A stretch of DNA of 64,000 nt from an uncultured Nitrososphaerales archaeon (GCA_963706445.1 OY970160.1:96001-160000), one strand, 5' to 3'; shown: positions 37,934-48,529, numbered from the stretch's first letter. The notes: a model not told the origin generated them from the letters alone. Made by a program: numbers and translations.

Positions 37934-38263
37934 TTGAGTTCTGCCATCGAAGCCACGGTCAAGGCGCTTGTAGAGTTTGAGTCAGAACTCGACAAAGCGA
38001 AGGCCGAGCTCTCCGATGCTAGCAGGAAGGCTATGAAAGACGCTGCCGACTGGGCCGAAGCTGCGAGGGCTTCGGCTATCTCCAAGGCACAGTTGATCGC
38101 TTCACAGCGGGTCGAAACGGCCAAGGCGGACGCCCAGGCTGAGGCCGACGCCATCAGAAAGAGAGGGGAGTCTGAATTGAAGAGCTTCGAAAGCTCAATC
38201 TCAAAGAAGAGGTCGAAGGCCGTGGAGCTTGTGGCTTCGTGGCTCCTGGGTGAGGGCAAATGA
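37934..38263 (+). CDS. A/V-type ATP synthase peripheral stalk subunit G/H
   Basis: Ala/Lys/Glu coiled coil at the head of the ATPase operon. Confidence 0.7.
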   Translation: MSSAIEATVKALVEFESELDKAKAELSDASRKAMKDAADWAEAARASAISKAQLIASQRVETAKADAQAEADAIRKRGESELKSFESSISKKRSKAVELVASWLLGEGK

Positions 38264-38556
38264 AGGTAGTCGCAGTCGGGGGCAAGGCGTTCGTCACTGG
38301 CTTCGTCCTGTCAGGGGTCAACGGGGAGTATGTGTCGTCTCCCTCTGCAGCCATGGAGAAGATCAAGTCCCTGACCAAGGACCCTGACGTCGGCCTCATT
38401 ATGGTGAGCGACGAAGTCTCGAAGCCTCTGGCGGACCAGCTGACTCAGCTGAGGGCGAAGAAGGCTATCCCGTTGATCTACGAAGTCCCCGGCCCAGGGA
38501 GCAAGAAGGAGAAGGTCGAGTACAGGGCCATGCTCAGGGCAATTCTAGGAGTCTAA
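38260..38556 (+). CDS. atpF: A/V-type ATP synthase subunit F
   Basis: VAVGG..FVTGF.LSGV, DVGLI, PLIYEVP. Confidence 0.9.
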   Translation: MKVVAVGGKAFVTGFVLSGVNGEYVSSPSAAMEKIKSLTKDPDVGLIMVSDEVSKPLADQLTQLRAKKAIPLIYEVPGPGSKKEKVEYRAMLRAILGV

Positions 38557-38560
38557 GACC

Positions 38561-39157
38561 ATGAGCAAAGCCGCGTCGGACACACTGGAGAAGGTCTCGG
38601 GGGAGTTCGAAGGTGAGGTCCTCGCCAACCTCGAAAACGGCCGGAAGGAGACTCAATTGAGGATCGAATCGGTCAGGAAGGAGACGGCCGAAGCCGTGGC
38701 CAAGATCCTGGAGACAGGCGTGAAGCAGGCGGAGTCTGTAAAGAGGCAGATAATCGGAGCCGCAGAGCTTGAGGCGAGGAACGCCCAGCTCAGGTCCCTG
38801 GAGAAGGCTGTCATGGAGGCGTTCGACAGCGCGACAAAGGAGATCTCGAGGTCTTCCGGGGCACCCTACGAAAGGGCCATCGAGCGCCTGATACAGGAGG
38901 GCCTCGAGGTCCTCGGCCCAAAGGCCAAGATCCATTGCTCCTCCAAAGACAAGAGGGCAGTGTCGTCGGCCGTCAAGAAGTTGGGGACCACAACCAAGGT
39001 CACCCTGGAGGAGGACCCCATCGAGACGATTGGAGGGGTTGTCCTTTCGACCCTCGACGGGTCAATCAGGTTCGACAACACCTTCGAGGCAAGGCTCGAA
39101 AGAATGAGGCCCGACCTTAGAAAGGAGGTCGCCGGCCTGCTCACCGGAGCAGACTGA
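38561..39157 (+). CDS. atpE: A/V-type ATP synthase subunit E
   Basis: coiled coil + IGGVVL..DG..RFDNTFEARL. Confidence 0.92.
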   Translation: MSKAASDTLEKVSGEFEGEVLANLENGRKETQLRIESVRKETAEAVAKILETGVKQAESVKRQIIGAAELEARNAQLRSLEKAVMEAFDSATKEISRSSGAPYERAIERLIQEGLEVLGPKAKIHCSSKDKRAVSSAVKKLGTTTKVTLEEDPIETIGGVVLSTLDGSIRFDNTFEARLERMRPDLRKEVAGLLTGAD

Positions 39158-39230
39158 AAGAAAGAACTTTCCTGATTTTTGCTCGAAACGTTAAAAGGCC
39201 GATAAATTCGCCGGTCGAGCAGGTTCCGTT

Positions 39231-41018
39231 TTGCCAGTCAAAGGGAAAATCGTGTGGATCTCCGGGCCCGCCGTCAAGGCCTCTGGCATGGCTGCCTCAA
39301 AGATGTACGAGGTCACACAGGTAGGAGAAGAGAAGCTCGTCGGCGAAGTCATCAAGCTCACGGGTGACATAGCGTTCGTGCAGGTCTACGAATCGACTTC
39401 AGGGCTCAGACCAGGAGAGCCGGTTTTCGGGACAGGGCAACCCCTTTCCACAACATTGGGCCCAGGGATGATAGGGACCATTTACGACGGCCTGCAGAGG
39501 CCCCTGGACGTCATCGCCCAGAAGACTGGAGCTTTCATCACGAGGGGAGTAACAGCCAATTCAATCTCCTTCGAAAAGGAATGGGAATTCGTCCCGGCTG
39601 TGAAGAATGGGGACGAGATAGAAGGAGGGACGATCATTGGCTCAGTCCAGGAGACCCCACTCATCGACCACAAAATCCTCGTGCCGCCGACGGCTCCGAA
39701 GTCGAAGGTCAAGGATGTGGTCAAGGGAGGAAAGTTCAGGGTGGACGAGGTCGTCGCCACGACTGAAGACAAGTCGGGCAAGAAGCAGGAGCTCAAGCTC
39801 TACCACCGATGGCCGGTTCGGACGCCAAGGCCAATCCGCGAAAGGCTCGACCCTGAGATACCGCTGCTCACCGGGCAGAGGGTCCTGGACACATTCTTCC
39901 CGATGTCGAAGGGCGGGACCGGGTCCATCCCAGGTGCCTTCGGCACAGGCAAGACAGTTACCCTACATTCTGTGGCAAAATATGCAGACGCGAAGGTCGT
40001 CTTTCACATAGGCTGCGGCGAGCGCGGAAACGAGATGACCGAGGTCCTGGTCGAATTCCCCGAGCTGATCGACCCCCAGAGCGGCAGGCCCCTGATGGAG
40101 AGGACGATCCTGGTGGCCAACGTCAGCAACATGCCCGTAGCAGCTAGGGAGGCGAGCATATACACCGGCGTGACCATGGCGGAATACTACAGGGACATGG
40201 GGTACGACACGGTCCTCGTGGCAGACTCGACGAGCAGGTGGGCCGAAGCGCTTCGTGAAATCAGCGGAAGATTGGAGGAGATGCCGGCAGAGGAAGGTTA
40301 CCCGTCATACCTCGCATCAAGGCTCGCCGAGTTCTACGAGAGGGCGGGGAGGGTCGACGTGAATGGAACCCCGGCAAGGACAGGTTCCATCACCCTGATC
40401 GGAGCCGTCTCTCCTGCAGGGGGGGACTTCACCGAGCCGGTAACTTCACAGACCATCCGATTCGTCAAGAACTTTTGGGCCCTGGATGCCCGCCTCGCTT
40501 ACTCCCGACACTATCCTTCGATCAACTGGATGACCTCCTACTCGGGTTACGTCGATTCAGTCAGTAAGTGGTGGGCCGAGAGGATAGACAAGGATTGGCT
40601 TTCGACGAGGGCCGAGGCCTACAGCATCCTTCAGCGCGAAGACGCCCTCAAGGAAATCGTCCGACTCTTGGGTCCAGAGGCGCTCCCCGATGAAGAGAAG
40701 CTCATCCTCGACGTCGCCAGGATGATACAGATCGGCTTCCTCCAGCAGAACGCCTACGACGACACTGACGCCTACTGCAGCCCTCAGAAGCAGTTCATCA
40801 TGTTGAAGATGTTCGTCCAGTACCACCAAGAGGCTTTGAAGGCGCTCAGGAACGGCACCCCCCTCGCCAAGATCAGGGGGATGCAGGTGATCGCTCCAAT
40901 GCTCAGGGCGAAGTTCGCGATTAAGAGCGAGGAACTGGGGAAGCTCGAATCTCTATCAAAGCATATGTTCGACGAGTTCTCATCCATCTCTGCGGTCCAG
41001 GAGGTAAGGGCTGCATGA
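39231..41018 (+). CDS. atpA: A/V-type ATP synthase subunit A
   Basis: GAFGTGKT P-loop, [16 protein letters not shown]; no intein. Confidence 0.97.
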   Translation: MPVKGKIVWISGPAVKASGMAASKMYEVTQVGEEKLVGEVIKLTGDIAFVQVYESTSGLRPGEPVFGTGQPLSTTLGPGMIGTIYDGLQRPLDVIAQKTGAFITRGVTANSISFEKEWEFVPAVKNGDEIEGGTIIGSVQETPLIDHKILVPPTAPKSKVKDVVKGGKFRVDEVVATTEDKSGKKQELKLYHRWPVRTPRPIRERLDPEIPLLTGQRVLDTFFPMSKGGTGSIPGAFGTGKTVTLHSVAKYADAKVVFHIGCGERGNEMTEVLVEFPELIDPQSGRPLMERTILVANVSNMPVAAREASIYTGVTMAEYYRDMGYDTVLVADSTSRWAEALREISGRLEEMPAEEGYPSYLASRLAEFYERAGRVDVNGTPARTGSITLIGAVSPAGGDFTEPVTSQTIRFVKNFWALDARLAYSRHYPSINWMTSYSGYVDSVSKWWAERIDKDWLSTRAEAYSILQREDALKEIVRLLGPEALPDEEKLILDVARMIQIGFLQQNAYDDTDAYCSPQKQFIMLKMFVQYHQEALKALRNGTPLAKIRGMQVIAPMLRAKFAIKSEELGKLESLSKHMFDEFSSISAVQEVRAA

Positions 41019-42427
41019 GCAGGTCGTCTTCCGGCCTCGAATACAGCAAGGTGGCCGAGATCAGGGGTCCGCTCCTCGTGGTAGACGGGGTAGAAAGGGC
41101 TGCCTTCGACGAGCTCGTCGAAATCGAAGATAACTCGGGGAACAAGAGGCTCGCAAGGGTCCTCGAGACAGGGTTCGGCAAGGCAGTGGTACAGGTCTTC
41201 GAGGGGACGTCCGGGCTCTCGGTCAGCGGCACCAGGGCCCGCTTCCTTGGGAAAACCATGGAGCTCCCAGTTTCAGATCAGCTGCTGGGGAGGGTCTTCG
41301 ACGGCCTCGGCAGGCCCCAGGACGGGCTTCCCGAGCCGGTGGCCAAGACGTTCCTCGACGTGAACGGGGCGCCAATCAACCCCGAGAGGCGCGAGTATCC
41401 CACCGACCTCATCCAGACGGGGGTCTCCGTCATCGACGGCATGCTCACGCTGGTCAGGGGTCAGAAGCTCCCAATCTTCTCAGGCGCAGGGATGCCCCAC
41501 AACATGCTTGCGGCCCAGATTGCCAGGCAGGCGACCGTGGTCGGGGAGGGGGAGGAGTTCGCCGTGGTGTTCGCAGCCGTCGGTGTCTCCCACAGCGACG
41601 CATCCTTCTTCCAGAGGACCCTGGCCGAGTCCGGGGCCATCAGGCGGAGCATCCTGTACCTCAACCTGGCGGACGACCCAGCCATCGAGAGGATAATCAC
41701 ACCGAGAGTCGCGCTGACTGCGGCCGAGTATCTCGCCTTCGAGCTGGGAATGCACGTGCTCGTGATAATCACTGACATCACCAACTATGCCGAGGCGCTC
41801 AGGGAGATTTCAGCGGCCAGGGAAGAGGTCCCCGGGAGGAAGGGGTTCCCCGGCTACCTCTACACTGACCTCGCCACCAACTACGAGAGGGCGGGGAGGA
41901 TCAAGGGGAAGAAGGGGAGCATCACTCAGATGCCGATACTTTCGATGCCCAGCGACGACGTCACCCATCCAATCCCCGACCTAACAGGCTACATCACCGA
42001 GGGGCAGATCTTCCTGGGGAGGGACCTCTTCAGGAAGGGGATCTACCCACCTGTGTACGTACTCTCCAGCCTCAGTAGGCTCATGGGCCCGGCCCTGGGC
42101 TACGTCATCAAGCAGGGGAAGGCCCGCCCCGACCACCATATGGTGGGGAGCCAGCTCTACAACGCCTATGCCAGAGCTGTCGAACTTAGGGCCCTCGCTG
42201 AGATCGTCGGCAAGTCCGGCCTCACGGGCTCGGACCTGAAGTACCTGCAGTTCGGGGACGAGTTCGAGCAGAAGTTCCTGAACCAGGGGTACGACGAGAA
42301 CAGGACCTTCGAGGACACCCACCGCATCGCCTGGGAGACACTATCTATCCTCCCCGAGAGCGAGCTGACGAACATCAAGGAAGAGTTCATCAAAGAGAAT
42401 TACATCAAAGGGAAGTCGACCGGGTAA
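41015..42427 (+). CDS. atpB: A/V-type ATP synthase subunit B
   Basis: [41 protein letters not shown]. Confidence 0.97.
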   Translation: MSRSSSGLEYSKVAEIRGPLLVVDGVERAAFDELVEIEDNSGNKRLARVLETGFGKAVVQVFEGTSGLSVSGTRARFLGKTMELPVSDQLLGRVFDGLGRPQDGLPEPVAKTFLDVNGAPINPERREYPTDLIQTGVSVIDGMLTLVRGQKLPIFSGAGMPHNMLAAQIARQATVVGEGEEFAVVFAAVGVSHSDASFFQRTLAESGAIRRSILYLNLADDPAIERIITPRVALTAAEYLAFELGMHVLVIITDITNYAEALREISAAREEVPGRKGFPGYLYTDLATNYERAGRIKGKKGSITQMPILSMPSDDVTHPIPDLTGYITEGQIFLGRDLFRKGIYPPVYVLSSLSRLMGPALGYVIKQGKARPDHHMVGSQLYNAYARAVELRALAEIVGKSGLTGSDLKYLQFGDEFEQKFLNQGYDENRTFEDTHRIAWETLSILPESELTNIKEEFIKENYIKGKSTG

Positions 42428-42429
42428 AG

Positions 42430-43071
42430 ATGTCCGTAGCTTCAGGCGGAAACGTACTCCCGACCAAGATCGAGCTCATCGGGACCAGGAGAAGGCTTGC
42501 CACCGCTGTAAGGGTCAAGAAGGTCCTCGACGACAAGAGGGACGTCCTCCTAAAGCGCCTCGACGAGATGATCGAGCAGGCGACGGTCGCCCGGGACGAG
42601 ATATCTCAGCCTCTGTCCGACGCTTACCTGGCGTTGTACGACGCCTACCTGAAGCTAGGACCCCTGCGCCTCGAGGGGATTGCAGCAAACACTCCGCCGA
42701 TGGTAGCAGCAGACATCAGCGTGAGGAGGATCGTCGACGTCGACATCCCTTCAGTGAAACTATCCGAGAAAGACGTCGGGATGACCTACGGCTTCGCTGA
42801 CAGCAACGTCGCGGTCGACCGGGCGTCCAGGCAGATGAGGAAGGTCCTCCCCTCGATATTCCGGGCCGCGGAGTTCGAGAACGCCATCTTCCGTCTCGCG
42901 AAGGAGCTGGAGAAGACCCAGAGGCTCCTCAACGCCCTCGAGTACATGATAATCCCCCGCTACGAGGGCTCCATCCGCTTCATCCAGGCCACCCTCGAGG
43001 AGAGGGAAAGGGAGGAGTTCTCAAGGCTTAAGCACGTCAAGAAGGTGCTGGAGAGGAAGGCAGCGGCATGA
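42430..43071 (+). CDS. atpD: A/V-type ATP synthase subunit D
   Basis: PTKIEL, KTQR..NALEY..IP, LEEREREEF.RLK. Confidence 0.95.
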   Translation: MSVASGGNVLPTKIELIGTRRRLATAVRVKKVLDDKRDVLLKRLDEMIEQATVARDEISQPLSDAYLALYDAYLKLGPLRLEGIAANTPPMVAADISVRRIVDVDIPSVKLSEKDVGMTYGFADSNVAVDRASRQMRKVLPSIFRAAEFENAIFRLAKELEKTQRLLNALEYMIIPRYEGSIRFIQATLEEREREEFSRLKHVKKVLERKAAA

Positions 43072-43205
43072 GCGAAGACCTGGTAGAAGAACCCTTCAAG
43101 GCGGCGGCGAAGCGGGCGGAGGAGACATTTGATCAGGCGGCAGCCGAGCTGAAGTCGAAGGTCGAAAAGTCAAAGTCCGAGGCACTGAAGAAGATCAGCG
43201 GCTAG
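43068..43205 (+). CDS. 45-aa helical microprotein coupled to atpD (not in ORF track)
   Basis: ATGA overlap with atpD; MSEDLVEEPFKAAAKRAEETFDQAAAELKSKVEKSKSEALKKISG. Confidence 0.65.
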   Translation: MSEDLVEEPFKAAAKRAEETFDQAAAELKSKVEKSKSEALKKISG

Positions 43206-43428
43206 GCCCGTCCGTCCCTACCACGACCGCCCTTATCACCTGCCAGATTACGAACATCCCGGCGACGAAACCCACAGTCGAGAAAACTATCGCAAGCACG
43301 CTCCCCGAGTACCCGACCTCGCCGCCCAAGTAGAGCCCGAGCAGCGCCCCTCCGAGGATGAGGGGGGTGAGCACCAGGGCCGTGGCCAGGACGACTATGA
43401 GTAGCGCCCTCCTCCCCTTGTTCAACAT
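43195..43428 (-). CDS. small two-TM protein, AtpZ/AtpI(gene1)-like
   Basis: GGALLGLYLG...VGFVAGM pattern. Confidence 0.55.
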   Translation of the reverse strand: MLNKGRRALLIVVLATALVLTPLILGGALLGLYLGGEVGYSGSVLAIVFSTVGFVAGMFVIWQVIRAVVVGTDGPSR

Positions 43429-43490
43429 GACCCCGGCCCGATGGGTGGGGTAAAATCGTTTGTAGGGGCCCGAGAGGGCCCCTCCCTAGG

Positions 43491-45791
43491 TCACTCGCAC
43501 TTGGAGTAGCCACAATTTGAGCAATGGTAGCAACCATTCTCAAAGATCAGCGTACTCTCATGGCAGTCCGGGCATGTCCCACCAAGGGACTTTGGGTTCC
43601 CCTCAGTCGGGAACCTTGCCTCCTTCACCACGTTGTTCAGGGTCAGGAGTTCTAGGGCCTTCGCTATGGCGTCAGGTATTGACTGCAGCTGGGTCCCTTC
43701 GTCCCAGGAGACGTACTTCCCCTTGATCCCCTTGAGGGTCGAGACGACGCTCTTGATGTCCCCGCCGTGCTGGAGGTAGAGGCTGATCAGCCTCCCGAGT
43801 GCCTCTGCGTCCGCTTTCTCGTCCCCTCCTGACTTGCCCAGGGTCACGAAGACCTCCTTCAGCTCCCCGTTGTCCAGGTTGGCCGTAAGGTACAGCCCTC
43901 CCTGGGGGAGCTTCAGCTTGATTGTCTTCCCATCCATCATCTTGGGTCTTTCGAAGGTCGTCTTCGGGGCCTCGGCCTTCTTTGCCACCTTCTCCGTCTC
44001 GAGGATCCCCTCCCTGCTCCCTTCCCTGTAGACGGTGATGCCTTTGCACCCCAGCTTCCAGGCGAGCATGTAGATCTTCTCCACCTCCTCCGGGGTTATC
44101 TCCTCTGGGAGGTTGACCGTGCTCGAGATGGCCGTGTCGATGTGCTTCTGGATGGTCGCCTGCATCTTCACCCTCATCTCAGGCCTGATCTGGTGGGACG
44201 TCACGAAGTAGTTCGGGACCTCCGTCTCGCTCTTCGCCCCCGTGGCGCCCATGTACTCCCTCACCAGGGGGTGGAAGACCTTGAACTCCCCTTCGCTGAG
44301 GGACTTGCTCCTCCTCGTATAGTAGAGGGCGAACACAGGCTCGACTCCGCTGCTGGTCCCGGCAAGGATCGACCCCGACCCGACGGGCGGGATCGTGGTA
44401 ATGGCCGCATTGCGGATCCCTTGGGTGCGTATCTTCTCCTTCACCTTCTCGTCCAGTCTCGCGATGAAAGGCTGTGCCAGGTGCTTCTCGGCGTCGAAGG
44501 CAGGGAAGCTCCCCTTCTCCTTCGCCAACTCGGTGGAGTAGTCGTAGATGAGGTTCTTGATCCTCTCGAAGAGGTGGTCTACGAAGCCGATGGTGGAGTC
44601 TTCATCGTACTTCAGCCCCAGCTTGATCAGCATGTCCCCGAGGCCTGTGATCCCCACCCCTATCCTCCTGCTGTGGAGGGAGGCGTCCTTCTGCTGGTGG
44701 AGCGGGTGCCTCTCGGCATTGTAGTCGAGGACGTTGTCAAGGAACCTGACCCCGTACTGGGTCGCCCTGGTGAGGGAGTCCCAGTCGATGCTCGCCCTTT
44801 CGGTGAACGGGTCTTTCACGAAGGCGCTCAGGTTCACCGAACCCAGGCAGCAGCACCCGTAGCTCTCCAGGGTCTGCTCGCTGCAGGGGTTGACCCCCTG
44901 GACTTCCATCCCGTTGTACTCTGTGGTGGAGTCGCGCTTGATGCTATCCCAGAACAGTACCCCCGGCTCGGCGGACTGCCACGCCCCCTTGATGAGGGAC
45001 TTCCACACGTCCCTGGCCCTTACGGTACGGCTCACCTCCACCTTCTCGTTCTTGAAGCGGAGCTGGAAGTCTTCGTCGCTCTCGACCGCCCTCATGAAGT
45101 CGTCGGATATCTTCACCGAGATGTTGGCGTAGTTGACCTTCTTCAGGTCCTTCTTGACGTTGATGAAGTCCATCACGTCTGGGTGGTCGACCTTTATGGT
45201 GATCATGAGCGCACCCCTTCTCCCCGCTTGGCCGATGGTGCCCGTCGTTGTCGAGAGTAGCTCCATGAATGAGACGGCCCCGGAGCTGTAGATTGCCGAG
45301 TTGTTCACCGGTGCCCCCCGCGGCCTGAGCACGGAGATGTCGGTCCCTACCCCTCCTCCATAGCTGTAGGTGCGTGCCGCCTCCTTGCACCACTCGAAGA
45401 TGGCTTCTATGGAGTCTTCTTTGATCTTGAAGAAGTAGCAGTTCAGGAGCGTCGACTTCCTCGTCTGACCCGCCCCGAACAGTATCCTCCCTCCGGGGAC
45501 GAACCTGTAATCCTCGAGGAGCCAGTAGAACTTCGATGTCCATTCCTTCCTCTTCTCATCGTCCATCTCTGGCGAGGCGAGCTCTCTCGCTACCCTTCGC
45601 CACAGGTCCTCAGGGCGCTTCTCGACCTGCTTCCCCTCGGGGTCGCGCAGCGCATACTTCTCGTAGAAGACCCTCGCGCGCAGTTCATCTCCTCCGAACG
45701 CGGCGAGCGTTTCTGATGGGAGCTTTACCTCTCCAGTATCCTGCTCTCCGGCATTCGGAGAGTCACGTGGTTGTTCAACGATTGACGTCAT
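43491..45791 (-). CDS. nrdJ: class II (adenosylcobalamin-dependent) ribonucleotide reductase with C-terminal TSCPD-like domain
   Basis: FVPGGRIL, LLNCY, GRRGA, NPCSEQ, CCLGS, TTIPPVGS, KGITVYR, CSNCGYSKC; start moved to ATG 45791. Confidence 0.95.
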   Translation of the reverse strand: MTSIVEQPRDSPNAGEQDTGEVKLPSETLAAFGGDELRARVFYEKYALRDPEGKQVEKRPEDLWRRVARELASPEMDDEKRKEWTSKFYWLLEDYRFVPGGRILFGAGQTRKSTLLNCYFFKIKEDSIEAIFEWCKEAARTYSYGGGVGTDISVLRPRGAPVNNSAIYSSGAVSFMELLSTTTGTIGQAGRRGALMITIKVDHPDVMDFINVKKDLKKVNYANISVKISDDFMRAVESDEDFQLRFKNEKVEVSRTVRARDVWKSLIKGAWQSAEPGVLFWDSIKRDSTTEYNGMEVQGVNPCSEQTLESYGCCCLGSVNLSAFVKDPFTERASIDWDSLTRATQYGVRFLDNVLDYNAERHPLHQQKDASLHSRRIGVGITGLGDMLIKLGLKYDEDSTIGFVDHLFERIKNLIYDYSTELAKEKGSFPAFDAEKHLAQPFIARLDEKVKEKIRTQGIRNAAITTIPPVGSGSILAGTSSGVEPVFALYYTRRSKSLSEGEFKVFHPLVREYMGATGAKSETEVPNYFVTSHQIRPEMRVKMQATIQKHIDTAISSTVNLPEEITPEEVEKIYMLAWKLGCKGITVYREGSREGILETEKVAKKAEAPKTTFERPKMMDGKTIKLKLPQGGLYLTANLDNGELKEVFVTLGKSGGDEKADAEALGRLISLYLQHGGDIKSVVSTLKGIKGKYVSWDEGTQLQSIPDAIAKALELLTLNNVVKEARFPTEGNPKSLGGTCPDCHESTLIFENGCYHCSNCGYSKCE

Positions 45792-45816
45792 AACGTTAAC
45801 CTCGACCCCATCTCTC

Positions 45817-45842
45817 GAGATATATATCTCAGCCATGGCTGA
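45817..45842. promoter_or_regulatory. nrdJ TATA region with two abutting perfect 14-bp palindromes
   Basis: GAGATATATATCTC (45817-45830) and TCAGCCATGGCTGA (45829-45842). Confidence 0.55.
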
Positions 45843-45946
45843 TTCTCCGTTAACCATCAAGCGAGGACTTTCTTCACATGTCAGGATACATGAGACGACC
45901 CGCCGTGTAGTCTTGTTGACAAGAAGTGTATCCGATTAGTGGAGGG

Positions 45947-48034
45947 CTAGGCTGCTGTCGAATATTGCATCGTTGCCACGGACTTGCACCGCGGGCACCT
46001 GGCTGCGTTCTGCGGCAGCTTGGCCCCACAGTTCCTGCACACGGAGATCGTCCTGTCGACTTTGAAATACGGGAGCTTCGGAGTCGCATTCAAGATCAGG
46101 TTGTAGATCCCCCTCACTTCATCCGAAGACCCATCGAGGGTCACCGAGAGCCCTCCGTGCAGCCCCACGGACAGCTTCGAGATGTAGTCCACCTTCTCCG
46201 GGTTCTCCAGGTCCGCCAGCTGCAGCCTCGGCGCCTGGGTGTATGCCCCCTTCGCCAGGGGCTGGAGGTTCGCCTTGCCGTACTTCTCCGAGTCCTGATT
46301 CGCGAGCCGCAGGGCGCCGTCGAGGTCGAGCATCGCGACCCCGAGCCTGTCTATCTTGGTTGACTTGTCGTCGGCCACCTGGGTAGCGGTCCCCACTATC
46401 TTGTCGGCCAGGTCGAAGCGCGAAGCTGTGGTCGGGTCTCTGATTAGGCTGGCTAGGGTTTCATCCAGCCCTACCAGGTTCATGATGAGAGGCATGGTGT
46501 CAGAGGTGACCGCGTCCGACCCCGAGGCCAGGGACGGGAGCAGGCCCCGCTTCAGCGTCCTCTCGATGAGCCTCCTCCTGGTGGAGAGGGCATCGGAGGC
46601 GACCCCGATGAGAAGGGCGAGCTTAGCCCTGAAGTATGTCTCATCCTGGTTCGAATCATAGGCGAGCCTCGGGAGGTTCAGACTCAGGCCGTGCAGGACG
46701 CTAATGTTGTCCGCCTGGGATTCTTGCGAAAGGACGTTGGCGTTGAGCCCGAGGAAGCTCCTCCTCTGGTCGGATGAAAAGAAGGCTATCCTCCCACCGT
46801 TGAAGATTATCGAAGCGGCGTCCTTGATCGTCTTGGTTTCGTCTATCCTGTTGGGCTTCGCAAGCAGGAGCCTCACGTCGGGCCTCGGCGTCTCCTCCAC
46901 GTAGCTCCTGTAAGCGCCCAGTGCAGCGTCCAGTGTCTTGTCCATCACCTCTCTTGCGACGTCGTCGTGCTTGAACGGGTTTAGGTCGATGCTGATGGCT
47001 GGCCCAGAAGCCCCAGCCACCGGGGAGCCGATTGTCTCAAAGAACCTCAGCAGGAGCGACTCGAGTTCTCTCTTCCCCCTCGATTTGCAGTAAGGCCCCA
47101 GATACTGGAGGAAGTTCCTGAAAGTCACCTCGTCCGAGGCCTCGCGGGTCAGCATCGAGGCCATGTTGAGTACGATGTTCAGGGCCCTCTCGGCGTTCTC
47201 CGGGCTCGGGATCATGGAAGCGTTTGCGATCTTTCCTCTCGGATTGAACCCTGCGCTTCTAATGGAAAGCAGGTCCACGAAGACGGTGTCCGGGGTGAGC
47301 CCCCAGGACCCTGCGTTCGTGATGTGTATGTCCCCTGAGAGGTGGGCATCGGCCACGTCCCTCGGGAGCTGTTCCAGGAGGAGATATTCGGCGAAGACCT
47401 GTTTCCCCGTCTGATGGATAAGCGCCTCAACGTTCCCTCCCTCGTCCCCGGCCTTCCCAAGCAGCTGGGTCACGTCGTAGATAGGCATCCCCAGCCTCGT
47501 CAGCTTGTGCCTGTACTCCTCCATGCTATGCTCTACAAGTAGTGCGTTCACGATCTCGCGGATGAGAGGGGCCGTCAGGTACTGGGTCTGGAACTTGTAC
47601 AACCTCGATTCGGTCTCACTTGTGATCTTCTGTGCAAGCTCCACCGGCATCCCTGCTTCCTTCACCAAAGACTGGAGGATCTTGTTCGCGTTGAACTCCT
47701 CCATGGTCTGATGGGAAGTCCTCACGTAGAGCTTCCCACTCTCGACCAGGGACTGCTCCTCAATCTGTCGGGTCAGGTTCAGGACCAGTCGCCCGAGGTT
47801 GGTCACAGTGTACTTCCTTTCCTGCCTGTTGAGCTGGATGAGGAGCTGCTTCACCAACTTCCTGAGGTGGTAGGCGAATTTGCCCGACTCCTTCTTCGAC
47901 TTGAAGCCGGCGAGCGTCTTGAGGGCGCTGTACGTCAGAGGTCCTTTGATGTTCAGGATGCGGAGAATCTCAAGCCTTTGTGGAGACGCGATGACACTGT
48001 AGATCGTCTTGACCCTTCTAGGAGCTGCCTGCAA
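45947..48034 (-). CDS. ArsR-like wHTH + ATP-cone + degenerate class III RNR (NrdD-like) fusion
   Basis: RLEILRIL..SGKFAYHLRKL; VRTS...EEF...KI..SLVKEAG..TAPLIRE; P.DVADAHLSGDIHI; SLNLPRLA; Zn ribbon; no glycyl-radical motif. Confidence 0.85.
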   Translation of the reverse strand: MQAAPRRVKTIYSVIASPQRLEILRILNIKGPLTYSALKTLAGFKSKKESGKFAYHLRKLVKQLLIQLNRQERKYTVTNLGRLVLNLTRQIEEQSLVESGKLYVRTSHQTMEEFNANKILQSLVKEAGMPVELAQKITSETESRLYKFQTQYLTAPLIREIVNALLVEHSMEEYRHKLTRLGMPIYDVTQLLGKAGDEGGNVEALIHQTGKQVFAEYLLLEQLPRDVADAHLSGDIHITNAGSWGLTPDTVFVDLLSIRSAGFNPRGKIANASMIPSPENAERALNIVLNMASMLTREASDEVTFRNFLQYLGPYCKSRGKRELESLLLRFFETIGSPVAGASGPAISIDLNPFKHDDVAREVMDKTLDAALGAYRSYVEETPRPDVRLLLAKPNRIDETKTIKDAASIIFNGGRIAFFSSDQRRSFLGLNANVLSQESQADNISVLHGLSLNLPRLAYDSNQDETYFRAKLALLIGVASDALSTRRRLIERTLKRGLLPSLASGSDAVTSDTMPLIMNLVGLDETLASLIRDPTTASRFDLADKIVGTATQVADDKSTKIDRLGVAMLDLDGALRLANQDSEKYGKANLQPLAKGAYTQAPRLQLADLENPEKVDYISKLSVGLHGGLSVTLDGSSDEVRGIYNLILNATPKLPYFKVDRTISVCRNCGAKLPQNAARCPRCKSVATMQYSTAA

Positions 48035-48208
48035 CGCGACGGAAGCGTCGTCGTCAAAACTATATCAACGTATGCGCACCGTTAGTCAAAAGAAGTTTGC
48101 TAATGCAAGGCGGCAGCCCTTCCCCGGTCGCGCCCCTTTCCATCGTCCAAGCCTGGGAGCCGCTTTCGCACTCGTAGAAACATCGGAGTCGTTATCCTAG
48201 CACTCGTC

Positions 48209-48529
48209 TTGTTGGGGGCGGCGACGTTGGTTCTGGCCTCGGCTTCACGTCCTCCTGGGCCACCGACTGTCCAGCTGTCCGGCACTGCTTCGACCCCCGG
48301 GAGCGACCCAAGAACCATTCAAATCTGGTTTGCGAGCTGGAACGGGTCGTCTTACACCGCCAATGTAACAAACGGCCAATACTCCATCGTCTTGCCAAAT
48401 CACATGACCTACGACATTTTCCTTCTCGGAACAGGCGCATCAAATGGCTACTCCGGTTGGTGCACCGCGTCAGAAATCAACCTAAGCCAAAGTAAAGGAT
48501 TGGCACTAACAGAGAACTTCTATTGCTGA
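48209..48529 (+). CDS. small secreted/membrane protein, start uncertain
   Basis: frame open from 48104 encodes RFRTRRNIGVVILALVLL signal-like segment without ATG; NGQYSIVLPN. Confidence 0.5.
   Translation: MLGAATLVLASASRPPGPPTVQLSGTASTPGSDPRTIQIWFASWNGSSYTANVTNGQYSIVLPNHMTYDIFLLGTGASNGYSGWCTASEINLSQSKGLALTENFYC

Noticed and set aside
44142-45260. 372-aa plus-strand ORF
   Set aside because: Antisense to nrdJ; a typical high-GC artefact, like many other shadow ORFs in the track.
45947-48034. Active anaerobic ribonucleotide reductase NrdD
   Set aside because: The glycyl-radical loop is absent, there is an N-terminal HTH, and no activase gene is nearby; treated as a probable regulator.
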